A stretch of DNA of 62,635 nucleotides, the filler included, from Aduncisulcus paluster (Eukaryota), in the NCBI GenBank assembly GCA_024181965.1. It is 5 parts of 5 records of this genome, joined end to end, with 100 filler letters (N's around TTAATTAATTAA, not from the genome) between each part and the next. Parts side by side here need not be neighbours in the genome. Positions count along the whole stretch, not along the records: positions 60,604 to 62,635 come from BQXS01012740.1; 4 more parts are not named here. One strand, 5' to 3'. This document shows, in pieces, positions 61,508 to 62,635 of the stretch. Each line of letters begins with the position of its first letter. Position 1 is the first letter of the stretch. The notes beneath the pieces were generated by a model. The model was not told the origin of the DNA, searched no databases, and worked only from the letters and a program-made list of their open reading frames with translations. A program made the translations under genes and the position numbers.

Positions 61508-62635
61508 ATGGAAGCCTTCCAAAAGTTGGTCAGAGACAACTTATTGAAGGAATTGAAGGAGTTTGAAGAGGAAAGTCTTGCGTTAGCCTCACAACTCACA
61601 GCAGCAACAAAAGAGAGGGAAGAAGCCGGTGTTTTACTCTTCAAAAGACAAGGTGAAGTTGCATTTCTGACTGAAAGCATTGCTACCACTGACCAATACA
61701 TCGAGGAGTTCAAAGAAAAAGAGCGAACAGTCGTGGAGAAAAACAACGTGCTCTAGCCGAATATGAAGAACTTCAACGTAATATACATGACCAAAAAGCA
61801 TCTTTAAAGAGAACAGAAGGCGAATTGCAAAAGCTGACTGAAAGAAAAGATCAAATATCTCGGTATTGTGAAGAAGTGGATAGTGCTTCCCTTATAGCTC
61901 AGAGAACCGTGCATAAAACTGAGGAAGAAGCGACAAAATTAGATAGAGAAGCCCGTGATCGTGATGCGATAATGCTGAAGATGCAAGAGAATATAACAGA
62001 TAAAGAGAAAGAAGCCAAACGTTTAAAAGAGCAGGTCATGGCCCAAGAACGGGAAAAAGCTGAAGCCGAAGAGATTGTTAAGGAATCTGAGACCGTTTTA
62101 TTGTCTCTCTTCCGTGATATTGAATCATATAAATCCCAATTCAATTCTCTTTTAAAAGCCATCGAAAATCGTAATTCTGACATAGATTCTGCGCTTAAAT
62201 TAAAGAAAAAGCTTGAAGGTGAGCTTATAGTCCTCACTCATAAACTAGAAAGGACCAGAAGTAATGTTCAGAAGGTTCAAGAAGAAAGGATGCAAATAAC
62301 CGCCGAAACACATGAACTTGAGCAAAATGCGATCCTTCTTGACTCTCAACTCAAACGTTTAATGGAAGAAAAAGAGAAAGTTGACGCTGCTATTGCTGAG
62401 ACCCTTGAAAGTACGAAGGCTGTTGAAGAACAGATAGTTGCTGAAAAAAGACATCTTTCGTCCACCCACAAGAAACTTGAACAGCTACAACGTGAAAATA
62501 CCCTCATTGAAAGCCAAAGATTAAAGACGGAAGAAGAGATTGCCACCATTTCCTCTGAGAGTTCTTTCTTACACCGTGAAGCCTCTTCCTCGAGGCAAGA
62601 CATTTCCAGTGCTCGTAAGGACATCGATTCCATTG
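61508..62635 (+). CDS. CCDC40: CCDC40 (FAP172)-like axonemal coiled-coil protein, one frameshift near 61740, runs off the window
   Basis: MEAFQKLVRDNL..REEAGVLLF, continuing after a shift at an A-run as AEYEELQ..QRTVHKTEEE..AQERE..SQFNSLLKAIENRN, collinear with CCDC40 as recalled. Confidence 0.65.

Overview
AT-rich eukaryotic (protist) DNA in the standard genetic code, with short GTATGT..AG introns. The gene style suggests a flagellated metamonad/fornicate, but that is inference only. The window is five unrelated scaffolds joined by 100-nt N/TTAATTAATTAA/N linkers (18225-18324, 32753-32852, 53488-53587, 60504-60603). It also has five ~20-N gaps flanked by duplicated overlaps. Scaffolds 1 (1-18224) and 4 (53588-60503) are dense patchworks of transposon fragments: DIRS, Ty3/Gypsy chromovirus, Tc1/IS630 DD34E, hAT-like, MULE, CACTA/EnSpm-like and an RLE non-LTR end. 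They include a TIR-bounded Tc1 element with an unknown cargo ORF and a clean 524-bp MITE with an 8-bp TSD. Scaffold 2 starts with a catalytically intact Fanzor (eukaryotic TnpB-like RuvC nuclease) followed by a multi-hairpin candidate omegaRNA. A second, truncated Fanzor paralog on scaffold 4 supplies a Cys-rich N-terminus. Host genes include an acyltransferase, a BPI/LBP protein, Vps41, RWDD1/Gir2, a penta-EF-hand protein, a muscleblind-like CCCH protein, Sec6-like and CCDC40-like genes. There is also a spliced 58-aa Tom7-like gene that the ORF track misses.
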